From an uncultured Myxococcales bacterium (GTDB taxonomy: Bacteria; Myxococcota_A; Polyangia; Polyangiales; Houyiibacteriaceae), in NCBI GenBank assembly GCA_965601515.1, contig CBFCWN010000008.1, positions 4,379 to 68,378 of the forward strand: DNA of 64,000 nucleotides. Direction: 5' to 3'. Positions 44,831 through 54,265 of this stretch are shown here, one piece after another; within the stretch, counting starts at the first letter, position 1; each line of letters begins with the position of its first letter. A program made the position numbers and the translations under genes. The notes below the pieces were generated by a model. It was not told where the DNA came from, did not search any database, and saw only the letters and a list, made by a program, of their open reading frames with translations.

Positions 44831-46249
44831 CTAAAAGTACTTCTTTCGTTTGGACGAACTCAGGATCCCGAGCATCTCACGATACTTCGCCACGGTTCGG
44901 CGAGCAATCTTGATATCGTCTTGGGCCAGGATCTCAACGATTCTCTGGTCTGAGAGCGGCGCTTTCGGGTCTTCGCCGCCAATGATGTTCTTGATGGCCT
45001 GCTTCACGCTCTCCGATGCGATGTCGGTCTGGTGGTCTCGCCGGATAGCGCTGTTGAAGAAATATTTCAGCTCGAAGGTGCCACGCGGGGTGTGAACGTA
45101 CTTGTTGCTCGTCACGCGGGAGATCGTGCTCTCGTGCATTTCCACCGCCTCGGCGACGTCCCTGAGGATCATCGGCTTGAGGTGCTCGATGCCCTTGTCG
45201 AAGAAGTCACGCTGCTTGTCAACGATGCACTCGGTGACTTTGACGATGGTCTTTCGCCGCTGATCGATGCTTCGGATGAGCCACTGAGCGCTTCGAAGCT
45301 TGTCCTGGATGTATTCCTTGGCCTTCGGACTGTCGGCCATCGCGGATCGATAGAACCCGCTGATCTTGAGCTTCGGCATGCCGTCGTCGTTGGCAACGAC
45401 GTAGTATTCGTCGCCTACGCGGTGGACGTAGACGTCCGGAACGATGTAGCGCGGCTCTTCGGTCTGGAAGCGGCGTGCGGGACGCGGCTCGAGCTCCGCG
45501 ATGATCTGGGCGATGTCATAGACCTCCTCGAGGCTGCAGCCGAGTGCCTTGGCGACGGCCGGATAACGGCGCTTCTCGAGGTCCGTCAGATGATCGGAGA
45601 TGACCCGGGTCACCAGCTCATCCATTCCGAAATGAACCGCTTGGATGAGCAGGCACTCTTCGAGCGACCGGGCGGCGACGCCGAGCGGGTCGAACTGCTG
45701 AATCATCTTCAGCACCTCTTCGGCGTCTTCCGGATCGAGACCGGACTCTGCGGCGAGGCGCGGGACGATTTCGTCGGGAGCCACGCCTTCGATTCTGAGG
45801 TAGCCGTTGTCGTCGAGGTTCCCGATGACCAGCGCGGCAAACCTGCGCTCGTCGTCGACGAAGTCGCCCATACGGAGCTGCCACCCAAGGTGGTCGGAGA
45901 GGTCTTCATACGTCGAGAGCGTCGACTCGACACCGGGCATCTCGTCGTCCGCGCTTCGCCGCACCGCTGGCATCGGCGCTTCGTTCGACTGGTTTTCGAG
46001 ATATCGCTCCCAGTCGATCTCTTCTTTCTTGGCCTCGTGAGCCTGCACCTCGGCTGTGGCTTCTTCGACGACGTTGGCGCTCGACTCTCGCGGATCGGCG
46101 CCTTCTTCGAGCATTGGGTTTTCGAGAAGCTCTTCTTGCACGAGCTCGCTCAGCTCCATGCGCGACATTTGCAACAGCTTGATCGCCTGCTGCAATTGCG
46201 GCGTCATGATCAGCTGCTGCGAAAGCTTGAGTTGCTGCTTGAGCTCCAT
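44831..46249 (-). CDS. rpoN: RNA polymerase sigma-54 factor
   Basis: MTPQLQQAIKLLQ, HESTISRVT, RpoN box ARRTVAKYRE. Confidence 0.98.
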   Translation of the reverse strand: MELKQQLKLSQQLIMTPQLQQAIKLLQMSRMELSELVQEELLENPMLEEGADPRESSANVVEEATAEVQAHEAKKEEIDWERYLENQSNEAPMPAVRRSADDEMPGVESTLSTYEDLSDHLGWQLRMGDFVDDERRFAALVIGNLDDNGYLRIEGVAPDEIVPRLAAESGLDPEDAEEVLKMIQQFDPLGVAARSLEECLLIQAVHFGMDELVTRVISDHLTDLEKRRYPAVAKALGCSLEEVYDIAQIIAELEPRPARRFQTEEPRYIVPDVYVHRVGDEYYVVANDDGMPKLKISGFYRSAMADSPKAKEYIQDKLRSAQWLIRSIDQRRKTIVKVTECIVDKQRDFFDKGIEHLKPMILRDVAEAVEMHESTISRVTSNKYVHTPRGTFELKYFFNSAIRRDHQTDIASESVKQAIKNIIGGEDPKAPLSDQRIVEILAQDDIKIARRTVAKYREMLGILSSSKRKKYF

Positions 46250-46338
46250 TCAGGCCCCACACCCGAGAGTGCGTCAAAGGTCACTATAGCCGGGTCCCGG
46301 CGCGTTGGGAAACCAACCCGCGAACCGGGCTCGCGTCA

Positions 46339-47340
46339 GTGGCCTACCTCGGCTACTCTGTTTTAGTGGGGACGGGGCACCCATTACCAAAGGCCGTCGT
46401 CGTCGTTGCGGACGACGACCGGGCGATGTGCGAACGAATTGCGCGTCTGCTTCGCGAGCACGGTCTAACGGTGATTTCCGCGCCCAACGCGCAGGGTGCG
46501 ATCGACGCAGTCCGTGCGCGGCCGATCGACCTCGTTCTCATGGACGTCACGATGCCTGGCCTGAGCGGCGTCGACGCATGCAAGGTCATCAAGACCATCA
46601 CGAAGGACCACTTTCTCCCCGTGATTCTGATGACGACACCGGGCGACGGTGGGAGCCGACTCCAGCATGCTCGCACCGTATCCGATGAAATCGTGGCGAA
46701 GCCTGTCTCGGATAGCGAACTCGTCGCCCGCGTAGAGAACATGCTGCGGGTGAAACGCGCCCACGACGACGTTCAGTTCGCAAAGAAGGAGATGCACTAC
46801 ACGTCTCTCCACGACCAGCTTCGGGAGCTCCCTGACCACCGACAGTTTCACGAAACGCTGGAACGTGAGTTCGGCGAAGCGGAGCGGCATCTCGATCCAC
46901 TTGCGTGTTGCATCGTCGCTGTCGACGAGTTCAGACCGCTAGTTGCCGAACACGGCGCGGACGTCGCGGCACGGGTGCTGGAGGAAGTGTCGGCACGTCT
47001 TCGCCGCACGATCCGAGCTACGGACGTTGCCGCTCAGTTCAGGACCGCGGAGTTCGGCCTTCTGCTCCCCAACACGCGACCCGCGACGGCACTGACCCTG
47101 GCGGATCGGCTGGTGCACGAGGTGGCGATGCGACCCATCGAGATCGGACGCTCGACCATCACGATCACGATCGCCATCGGTATAGGCCTGTACCCAAGCG
47201 GTCGCATTCGGACCCACTCGGAGCTGCTCGACGCCGCAAGCATCGCGGTGGCTCGGGCACGCGTCGCGGGGCCGAACCGTATCTGCGTCGTCCAACGCCA
47301 AGGCTATATCTTCCGACCCAAGGTGCCGGGCGCGGCCTAG
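46339..47340 (+). CDS. response regulator with degenerate GGDEF domain
   Basis: REC (ADDD, LMDVTMPG, AKP) plus GGDEF fold with RATD I-site and RTAEF in place of GG(D/E)EF; start uncertain. Confidence 0.85.
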   Translation: MAYLGYSVLVGTGHPLPKAVVVVADDDRAMCERIARLLREHGLTVISAPNAQGAIDAVRARPIDLVLMDVTMPGLSGVDACKVIKTITKDHFLPVILMTTPGDGGSRLQHARTVSDEIVAKPVSDSELVARVENMLRVKRAHDDVQFAKKEMHYTSLHDQLRELPDHRQFHETLEREFGEAERHLDPLACCIVAVDEFRPLVAEHGADVAARVLEEVSARLRRTIRATDVAAQFRTAEFGLLLPNTRPATALTLADRLVHEVAMRPIEIGRSTITITIAIGIGLYPSGRIRTHSELLDAASIAVARARVAGPNRICVVQRQGYIFRPKVPGAA

Positions 47341-47921
47341 CGACGGGACGGAATCCCGAAGCGCAGGCTTCCAACCGCGACGACCATCAGCCCGAGCACC
47401 ATCACGACGCCGCCAGTGAGCCAGTCGACGTCGGTCCCGGCAGCCTCTGCCATCAGTCGGATTCGGCGCCCCGTATAGACGATCGGGAGGAGCCCCGCGA
47501 CGGCGAGGCCCAAGACCGCCAGACGCGCCGACCACATCGCGTCGCGATCGCGACGTACCCAGAGCACCGCGAGCGTCGCGATCGCAGCTCCCGGCGCAAG
47601 CCACAAATTGTGCGCGCCATCGATCGCGACCTCGAGCGCCGACGCCTCCAAACTCTGGGTGCGCGCAAACGGCATGAAGAAGCCGATGATGGTCAGCGCG
47701 GCGCCGAGCAGCACCGGACCACGCCCAAATCGCGGGTCGACGAAGGTGGACGCGGCGCGAGTCGAGCGGTTCATCCGCGGCAAGCGATCGATCGGCACGA
47801 GCGAGAGCTCGTGCTCTGGACACACCGAGAGTCGTTCGAAACCGTCCCTGCAATAGGGGCAGAACAAAATCTCAGTGCGAGCGTGGGGTGCCGCGGGGTC
47901 CTCGGGATCGCCGTGCATCAT
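47337..47921 (-). CDS. hypothetical membrane protein with N-terminal CxxC...CxxH motif
   Basis: CPYC...CPEH followed by about 4 TM segments. Confidence 0.7.
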   Translation of the reverse strand: MMHGDPEDPAAPHARTEILFCPYCRDGFERLSVCPEHELSLVPIDRLPRMNRSTRAASTFVDPRFGRGPVLLGAALTIIGFFMPFARTQSLEASALEVAIDGAHNLWLAPGAAIATLAVLWVRRDRDAMWSARLAVLGLAVAGLLPIVYTGRRIRLMAEAAGTDVDWLTGGVVMVLGLMVVAVGSLRFGIPSRR

Positions 47922-47953
47922 ACCTGCGTTCGTGTTATCCGCTGTGGCGCGTA

Positions 47954-48391
47954 ATGCGAATCCGGGGCCTTACCAAAGCGGACTACGACTATATCATCTC
48001 GGTGCTCGACCAATGGTGGGGCGGACCGGCAGGTCGTCGCGTCGATCCGATGTTCTTCTACGAGTTCGGAGAGCATGCCCTGGTCGCAGAATCCCATGGG
48101 CAGCTGATTGGATTCCTGCTTGGGGTGCTCGCCCCTGCGCCCGCGGCGACCGGCTATGTCCACCTCGTCGGGATCCACCCGGACCACCGTCGGCGGGGCG
48201 TCGGAAAGCGCCTTTACGAGCAGTTCGCCGAGCGATGTCGTGGGGCGGGCATGAAACGTCTGAAATCGCTGGCCGCCTCCGGGCACGAAGGACCGGTCCG
48301 ATTTCACGAATCGATGGGCTTTGAGTCCTCGGAGGTCCCGGACTACGCAGGTCCGGGGCGCTCACGCATCGTCTTCGTCAAGGAGCTTTGA
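47954..48391 (+). CDS. GNAT family N-acetyltransferase
   Basis: HLVGIHPDHRRRGVG acetyl-CoA motif, FHESMGF. Confidence 0.9.
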   Translation: MRIRGLTKADYDYIISVLDQWWGGPAGRRVDPMFFYEFGEHALVAESHGQLIGFLLGVLAPAPAATGYVHLVGIHPDHRRRGVGKRLYEQFAERCRGAGMKRLKSLAASGHEGPVRFHESMGFESSEVPDYAGPGRSRIVFVKEL

Positions 48392-48436
48392 CCTCTTGGC
48401 GAGTGTCGGTATCCTGCGGGGAAGGTCGTCGGGGGA

Positions 48437-49618
48437 ATGCCAAGCATAGGTTACTCATCGGCCGCGGAAGCGCGGCAAGCCCGAGAAGCCCTCGGCAAAG
48501 CGCTCGAGGCGCTCCAAGAGGACGAAAACGTTCCCAACGAGGTGATGGGAATCGCGCACAACATCGCCCGTTCGGTCGGCGCGCTGTTCGAAGCGGAGTA
48601 CGCATCCACCGAGGTGGACGGAAAGACCTGCGTGAAGAGCGCGCTGGGAACGCTCAGTCAAACGCTGGCCCTACTCCAAGACGTCAAGAGCGAACACCCC
48701 GGGGTTCAGACGGCCACCGAATCGATTGCGAGGGTCATTGGCGTTCTGTTTCCGCTGACCAACAAGCCGAGCGTGAGACCGGACACCCCGGCTTCGAACC
48801 CCGCCCTTGCTCAAAGCTCTCCGCCCCGATCGGCGCCACCATCTGGCCCTCCGACGTCCGCCGGACCTAGCTCGCGACCCGCCGCGCCTCCAAGCACGCC
48901 ACCGAGAGCCATGCCACCGAGTCCGCCGCCGAGGATTCCCTCCCCAAGCGACCGGCCCGCGCGTTCATCGTCTCCCGCAGCCTCGCCCTCCAGTCGGCCG
49001 CCGTCGAATCGGCCGGTTGCGAACATTCCCCCGAGCCCGCCGCGATCGGACGAAGATACCGCCAGCATTCCGCTGAGCCGGCCGCCTTCCGGCCGACCGC
49101 CATCGAATCGACCACAGTCCAATCGGTCGCAGTCCAATCGCCCAGAGTCCAATCGACCGCAGTCCAATCGGCCGAGGGCCAACCGTCGAGTCTCGAGCGT
49201 GCCTCCCTCGAGCAGGCCTGCGGCGAGCCACCGCCCGGCCCAGGTTCCAACCTCGCTTCTACCGCCGCCCGCTCCGGAGCCCACAGGACAAAGAACGCGC
49301 ATCGAAGCCAACCTGGGCGCAACGACTCAGTCGAACTTCTACGTCGGGCTTAGCGGAGAAATCGCACACGGCGGCGTGTTCTTGGCGACCTACGAGATGC
49401 TGCCGAAGAACACCTCGGTCTCGATGCTGGTGACGCTGCCTGGAGGCTTCGAGTTCGAATGCGACGGCTACGTACGGTTCCTACGGGACCCCCTCGATTT
49501 CTCCTCGGAGTCTGAGCCGGGCATCGGAATTCAGTTCGAAGACCTGTCGGACGAATCGAGGCGACTCGTTCTTCGGTTCATTCGAAACCGTCCTCCGATC
49601 TTCTACGAAGTATCCTGA
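48437..49618 (+). CDS. TIGR02266-like (PilZ-related) protein with helical N-terminus and Pro/Ser/Arg-rich linker
   Basis: C-terminal SNFYVG...GGVFLATY...PGIGIQF...RFI..RPPIFYE; low-complexity centre. Confidence 0.78.
   Translation: MPSIGYSSAAEARQAREALGKALEALQEDENVPNEVMGIAHNIARSVGALFEAEYASTEVDGKTCVKSALGTLSQTLALLQDVKSEHPGVQTATESIARVIGVLFPLTNKPSVRPDTPASNPALAQSSPPRSAPPSGPPTSAGPSSRPAAPPSTPPRAMPPSPPPRIPSPSDRPARSSSPAASPSSRPPSNRPVANIPPSPPRSDEDTASIPLSRPPSGRPPSNRPQSNRSQSNRPESNRPQSNRPRANRRVSSVPPSSRPAASHRPAQVPTSLLPPPAPEPTGQRTRIEANLGATTQSNFYVGLSGEIAHGGVFLATYEMLPKNTSVSMLVTLPGGFEFECDGYVRFLRDPLDFSSESEPGIGIQFEDLSDESRRLVLRFIRNRPPIFYEVS
49100..49189 (+). repeat. intragenic 15-bp tandem repeat (~6 imperfect units) encoding xSNRP-like pentapeptides
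   Basis: CAGTCCAATCGGTCG / CAGTCCAATCGCCCA / GAGTCCAATCGACCG / CAGTCCAATCGGCCG plus degenerate flanking units. Confidence 0.85.
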
Positions 49619-49621
49619 GCG

Positions 49622-50011
49622 TTAGCCTTCGCCGAGAAGCTTGCTCATCGACGCTTCGTCGACAGGCGTAAACGAGTACGACTCCATCTCTTTCGAGGTG
49701 ACCCAGGCGTAGTCCCTCACCGCTCGACATTCGAGCTTGTCGGAAAGCAGCTTGCACTCGTACAGAAACAGGTCGACGGCGTACCTGTCGTACGGGTGAT
49801 TGACGAAGGAGATCAGCTGACCGACTTCGACGCTCGCCCCGAGTCGTTCCGACACTTCTCGAACGAGTGCCGCGTCGTCGGTTTCGCCGTGCTCGACTCG
49901 ACCGCCTGGAAAGTCCCACAGGAGTGGGAGCACCGCGTTCTCCCGACGCTGTGTGATGAGATATCGGCCGTCGCGCTCCACGAGTGCGGCCACGACCCGA
50001 ATGGTCTTCAT
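49622..50011 (-). CDS. MutT/NudG-like NUDIX protein
   Basis: MKTIRVVAAL, LITQR, WDFPGGRVEHGE....ALVREVSERLG; ATG at 50011. Confidence 0.88.
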   Translation of the reverse strand: MKTIRVVAALVERDGRYLITQRRENAVLPLLWDFPGGRVEHGETDDAALVREVSERLGASVEVGQLISFVNHPYDRYAVDLFLYECKLLSDKLECRAVRDYAWVTSKEMESYSFTPVDEASMSKLLGEG

Positions 50012-50055
50012 GTCCGACGCCACCAAGGGCGATATAGCATCTCGCGCGGGGTCGA

Positions 50056-50373
50056 TTACATCGGGTAGGCGTGCACGACGTCTCGAGCGGGTCGTTCCAC
50101 GTTGAGAACGGGGCTCGTGATGAGGTCGCGACCGGCCGCGATGAAGAAAAGCGACTCGCCGACGGTGGGCAGCCCTTCCGAGGCGCTGATCGCGCCGTTG
50201 TCGTGGAACTTGAGGCCGCCGGAAACCGTGCTTCGGAGGGCCATGTGGCCGGCAAGCCACTCTCCGCTCCTTCGATCGCGGACGCCGACACAGACATTGC
50301 GGCGTACGTGGTACTCACTGTTACGGGTGACGAAAACTCGGTGAATGCGGCGTTCCTTGCCCAAATAACCCAT
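50056..50373 (-). CDS. small hypothetical protein
   Basis: Strong AGGAGG SD before ATG; co-oriented upstream of the NUDIX gene; beta-rich sequence. Confidence 0.75.
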   Translation of the reverse strand: MGYLGKERRIHRVFVTRNSEYHVRRNVCVGVRDRRSGEWLAGHMALRSTVSGGLKFHDNGAISASEGLPTVGESLFFIAAGRDLITSPVLNVERPARDVVHAYPM

Positions 50374-50418
50374 CCCAACCTCCTCGGGCGCTACGATAGG
50401 GGTTCAGGTTCACCTTAC

Positions 50419-51480
50419 ATGTCGGATAAAGTAGGTCCAAAAAACAGGCGAGGCCCGTGGTTCCTCGAGCCGAACAACTTCACCCCCGCTCGGCGCACGC
50501 CGTGGGGTGGTCGGCGAATCGTCGAGCAGCTCAAGTCCAACATCGACGTCGACGGCGCCGTCGGCGAGTCGTGGGAGCTTTCGGTCGAGCCGGATTTTCC
50601 AAGTCGAATCGACGGCGGGCCGCCGCTCGAGGAAGCGCTTCGCGCGGCAGGCTTCGGAGAGACGTCGCTGTTGGTCAAGCTCGTGGACGCCGCCGACGAT
50701 CTGTCGCTGCAGATTCATCCTCACGACGACGACGCGGCACTCGCTGCAGACCAAAGCGGCAAGCCGGAAGCATGGTACATCGTCGACGCCGACCCGGGCG
50801 CAGGCCTCTACCTTGGGTTCGAAGAGGGTGTGAACCGCGACGACGTCGAACGCGCACTTCGTGAGGAGGCCCCCCTTGATCGCATGATGCATTTCGTCCC
50901 GGTCTCTCCTGGGGACACGTTCGTGATCAATCCTGGGACTCCGCATGCGATCGGCCGTGGCGTGCTGCTCGTCGAACCGCAGCGCGTGGCACCAGCAAAG
51001 CGAGGAGTCACGTACCGCTACTGGGACTGGAACCGAAAGTACGACCAGAACGGGCAGCGTGACCCAGCTGGCGCCCCTCGCGAGCTGCACGCGACGCGCG
51101 CACTCGACGTCACCGACTGGGCGGGGCCTCGCGGTGACCACCTGCTCCAGCGGATTCGCCATCGGGCAGGTATCGCCCGCGTCGATGGCGATGCACGGCT
51201 CGAAACGCTTTGCGGACAGGATGGTCCGGTCGTCTCGTCGATCTTTCGGATCGAACGCCTCGTTGGCACCGGCGCTCTCGAACTCCCGGGCGGCGAGAGC
51301 CTAAGATCGCTGACCGTCCTCGATGGGAGCGTTCGCTTCGAGAGCGAAGAAGGCGTCGCCGAACTTTCCAAGGGGAGGACCGCGGCCCTACCCCCCACGA
51401 ACGAATCGCGCCGCGTAGTGCTCGACCGCTCGCACGCGGTTCTCTGTTCACTCGCCGTCAGCGATCGACCCAGCCCGTAG
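50419..51480 (+). CDS. manA: type I mannose-6-phosphate isomerase (cupin)
   Basis: PWGG, GESWE, LLVKL.DA..DLSLQIHP, KPEAW, PGTPHAI. Confidence 0.88.
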   Translation: MSDKVGPKNRRGPWFLEPNNFTPARRTPWGGRRIVEQLKSNIDVDGAVGESWELSVEPDFPSRIDGGPPLEEALRAAGFGETSLLVKLVDAADDLSLQIHPHDDDAALAADQSGKPEAWYIVDADPGAGLYLGFEEGVNRDDVERALREEAPLDRMMHFVPVSPGDTFVINPGTPHAIGRGVLLVEPQRVAPAKRGVTYRYWDWNRKYDQNGQRDPAGAPRELHATRALDVTDWAGPRGDHLLQRIRHRAGIARVDGDARLETLCGQDGPVVSSIFRIERLVGTGALELPGGESLRSLTVLDGSVRFESEEGVAELSKGRTAALPPTNESRRVVLDRSHAVLCSLAVSDRPSP

Positions 51481-52153
51481 AGGCCCGGTCCTCCACCGCA
51501 AGAACCGCGAGCTCGTCGGCACGCTCGTTGAGCTTGATGCCCTGATGACCGCGCACGTGAAAGAGCTTGGTGTCGGGATGCTTCGCGATCGCATCGCGTA
51601 CGGAGGCAACGAGGTCTCGATTGGCCTTGGCCTTCCAGCCCTTCGTGAGCACGCCAATCGAATACTGTGAGTCGGTGTACAGCCGAAGCGGCCGACCAAG
51701 CTCGGAGGCCAGTTCCACTGCCCGAAGGATGGCGGTCAACTCGGCGATGTTGTTCGTGGCCTCGCCGATGTACTCGCTGAGCTCTCGCTGCCGATCGTCG
51801 AAACGAGCGACCACGCCGAGCCCGGCGGGGCCGGGATTGCCGCTGCACGCGCCGTCGGCATACGCGAGAACCTCGTTGGCGGTCGGTGTTTCGGGAGGCG
51901 TCGACGAGGTCGACGACTTCTTCGTCTTGTCGCCACCTGCCTTCTTCACGGCCTCGGCCGGCGCGCAATACGAGTCGGGTTCGATGGTCTCGTCGGACGC
52001 TGGCTTCAAGTTCGACGCGGCCGCGAAGTAGGCCCGGCCGTCATTCGGCTTATAGCGCACTTCGATGCGACCACCGTTGGCGATCAGCTCCCCACTTTCG
52101 TCACAGCGCGCAAGCACTTCCGCACGGCGCAAGCGCATTCGACGCCACGGCAT
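51458..52153 (-). CDS. rnhA: ribonuclease HI with extra N-terminal domain
   Basis: YADGACSGNPGPAG, TNNIAEL, YTDSQY, HVRGHQG, NERADELA. Confidence 0.93.
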   Translation of the reverse strand: MPWRRMRLRRAEVLARCDESGELIANGGRIEVRYKPNDGRAYFAAASNLKPASDETIEPDSYCAPAEAVKKAGGDKTKKSSTSSTPPETPTANEVLAYADGACSGNPGPAGLGVVARFDDRQRELSEYIGEATNNIAELTAILRAVELASELGRPLRLYTDSQYSIGVLTKGWKAKANRDLVASVRDAIAKHPDTKLFHVRGHQGIKLNERADELAVLAVEDRASTGWVDR

Positions 52154-52209
52154 GCCGACGCGTTAGCACGAGCGCTTGCTCGAGGAAAAGAACTTCCTAC
52201 CCTCGACCC

Positions 52210-53154
52210 GTGTCACGAACGGTCGCCCTCGCCTGCGCCGTGGGCCTGCTCATGGCCGCCGCCATCTTCCTCGCCGTCGAACGAGGTCGAACGCTGCGGG
52301 CATCCCGTACACTGGGGGAGCTCCCAAGCACGGCGCGGGTGGTCGTCTCGGTCGACACGGAAGCACTCCGGAAGAGCGCGTCGGCCGGCATCCTCGTGGA
52401 TGCTTTCCTCGATGAGTCGCAGCTGAGCGACATCGAGGCGACATGCCAGCTCGACCCAATTCGAGATCTCGCGGAGATCGTCGTTTGGGTTCGGGGCTCG
52501 GAGGCGAGACCACTGGAGTCGTTCGGCGTTCAGCTCGAGGGACGCGAAATCGATTCGCAAGCCATCGCAGAATGCCACGCTGCGCTCGTCGGCGAGCGTG
52601 GCGACTCCGTCATCCGTGTCGAGGCGCCCACGGGCCCGGTCCTCTCAAGTGAAGACCGGAGGAGTGCGCTTGCGGTCATCGACGATCGAACGGTGGTGAC
52701 GGGCTCCGTGCAAACCGTTGGAGAAGCAATGGCGGTTCGGCGCGGGCTCCTGCCCTCGCTTGGCGAGCGAGAGGTCATCGCGGAGGTTTGGCCAGAGATT
52801 CGAAGGGATGCCGCACTCGCCGCGATCGTCGACCTTCCCTCGCATTGGAAGGCCGCCCTTGGACGGATCCCGCCCTTCGACGCGGAGCCTTCGTGGCTCG
52901 ATGCGGTGCGGACCATCTCGGTGTCGGCAAAGACCGGTGCAGGGACGACCGCAACTCTGCGAATGGACGCCGAGACTCCGGAGCTGGCGCTCGATGTCGC
53001 GGAGCGTTTCGAGGAGTGGGCGATGCATCCACCCGAGCGAATGGAACCACCCTGGACGAGCGTCCTCGAGTCCGCACAGGTAAGCACGGAAGGGACCGCG
53101 GCGATCGTTACAGTGGACGTGTCGGCTCTTCGACGCGAGCCGGCTCGTCGCTAG
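52210..53154 (+). CDS. hypothetical membrane-anchored/exported protein
   Basis: N-terminal hydrophobic helix after GTG at 52210; fills gap; plausible codon usage. Confidence 0.65.
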   Translation: MSRTVALACAVGLLMAAAIFLAVERGRTLRASRTLGELPSTARVVVSVDTEALRKSASAGILVDAFLDESQLSDIEATCQLDPIRDLAEIVVWVRGSEARPLESFGVQLEGREIDSQAIAECHAALVGERGDSVIRVEAPTGPVLSSEDRRSALAVIDDRTVVTGSVQTVGEAMAVRRGLLPSLGEREVIAEVWPEIRRDAALAAIVDLPSHWKAALGRIPPFDAEPSWLDAVRTISVSAKTGAGTTATLRMDAETPELALDVAERFEEWAMHPPERMEPPWTSVLESAQVSTEGTAAIVTVDVSALRREPARR

Positions 53155-54244
53155 CCGCGCCGGCGTAGAACGTCGATGCGCGGTAGCGGCGCTCGAGCCT
53201 CTGGAAGAGGATCTTCAGAACCGCGGCGGCCGGCACCGCGAGCAGGACTCCGGCGAACCCGAGCAGCTCGGCACCGACGAGGAGCGCAAGAAGCACCACG
53301 ATCGCGGAGATGCCAACCGTGTCTCCCATGATCTTCGGCGTGATGACGAAGCCTTCGAGACCCTGAATCAGCGCGTGTACACCAACGACGAGGAGGAGCT
53401 GCGCCCAACCCTGCCACTCGAGCAGCGTCATCAGCAACGCCAGGCTGAGCGCCGTCAAGCTTCCGACGTACGGGATGAAGGCGAGCACGCCTGCGAGAAT
53501 GCCGATCGGGAGCGCGAGTGGCACGCCGATGACGCCGTAGCCCACCGAATAGAGGACTCCGAGGATGGCCATCACGGTGAACTGGCCGCGAAAGAACTGA
53601 CCGAGCACCGCGTCGATGTCTCGGAAGAACGAGTTCGTCTCACTCCGCATTCGGGGTGGAATCAGATCGCCGACGGCTGCGACGAGTCGATCGAAATCAT
53701 AGAGCAGATAGAACGCGAAGACCGGGATCATGATCGACGCGACGATGCCCGCGACCGCTGTTGCGGTCCCCCCGAGAAGGGATTGCACGGCCGCGACGAA
53801 CGGCGCGTAGCCCTTCGCGACCACCGACTGTACGTCGAGGTGCAGCTCCTCGAATGCCTCTCCCACCGAGGTCGGAATCGTGATCCCGACTTCAGCCAGC
53901 ATGGGTTCGAGCTCGGCGCGAGTGCGCGCCACGAGAGCCGGTAACCGTCTAAGGAAGGCAGCGACTTGCTCGTAGACCATTGGAACGATCACCAACATCC
54001 CGACGACGGTGATGGCGAAGAAGCTTGCGAGAATGACCGCGATGCCCACTGCCCGCCCGTAGCTCCGGTTCCGAAGGAGCGAGCTCTGCTCGATGCGATC
54101 GACGAGCGGGTCGAGCATGTACGCGATGAGAAACGCGAAGAAGACCGGGGCCAGAACGCCGCGAAGCGTGTACAAAAGCCACGCGCCAGCCAGAGTGAGG
54201 CCCATCGTGAGGACCCAGCGCGGCAGTCGGTCACGCTCGGACAT
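53108..54244 (-). CDS. AI-2E/PerM family transporter
   Basis: AYMLDPLV, FYLLYD, FFRGQ, FIPYVG, ITPKIMG, LLAVP. Confidence 0.92.
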   Translation of the reverse strand: MSERDRLPRWVLTMGLTLAGAWLLYTLRGVLAPVFFAFLIAYMLDPLVDRIEQSSLLRNRSYGRAVGIAVILASFFAITVVGMLVIVPMVYEQVAAFLRRLPALVARTRAELEPMLAEVGITIPTSVGEAFEELHLDVQSVVAKGYAPFVAAVQSLLGGTATAVAGIVASIMIPVFAFYLLYDFDRLVAAVGDLIPPRMRSETNSFFRDIDAVLGQFFRGQFTVMAILGVLYSVGYGVIGVPLALPIGILAGVLAFIPYVGSLTALSLALLMTLLEWQGWAQLLLVVGVHALIQGLEGFVITPKIMGDTVGISAIVVLLALLVGAELLGFAGVLLAVPAAAVLKILFQRLERRYRASTFYAGAASDEPARVEEPTRPL

Positions 54245-54265
54245 ACCGGCCTTGTACCACGATGC

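Noticed and set aside
49100-49189. Short repeats as a possible mini-CRISPR
   Set aside because: Contiguous 15-bp in-frame coding units without spacers; no cas genes
52163-52185. TTAGCAC as a possible CIRCE element
   Set aside because: Only a partial half-site; no matching GAGTGCTAA at 9-nt spacing
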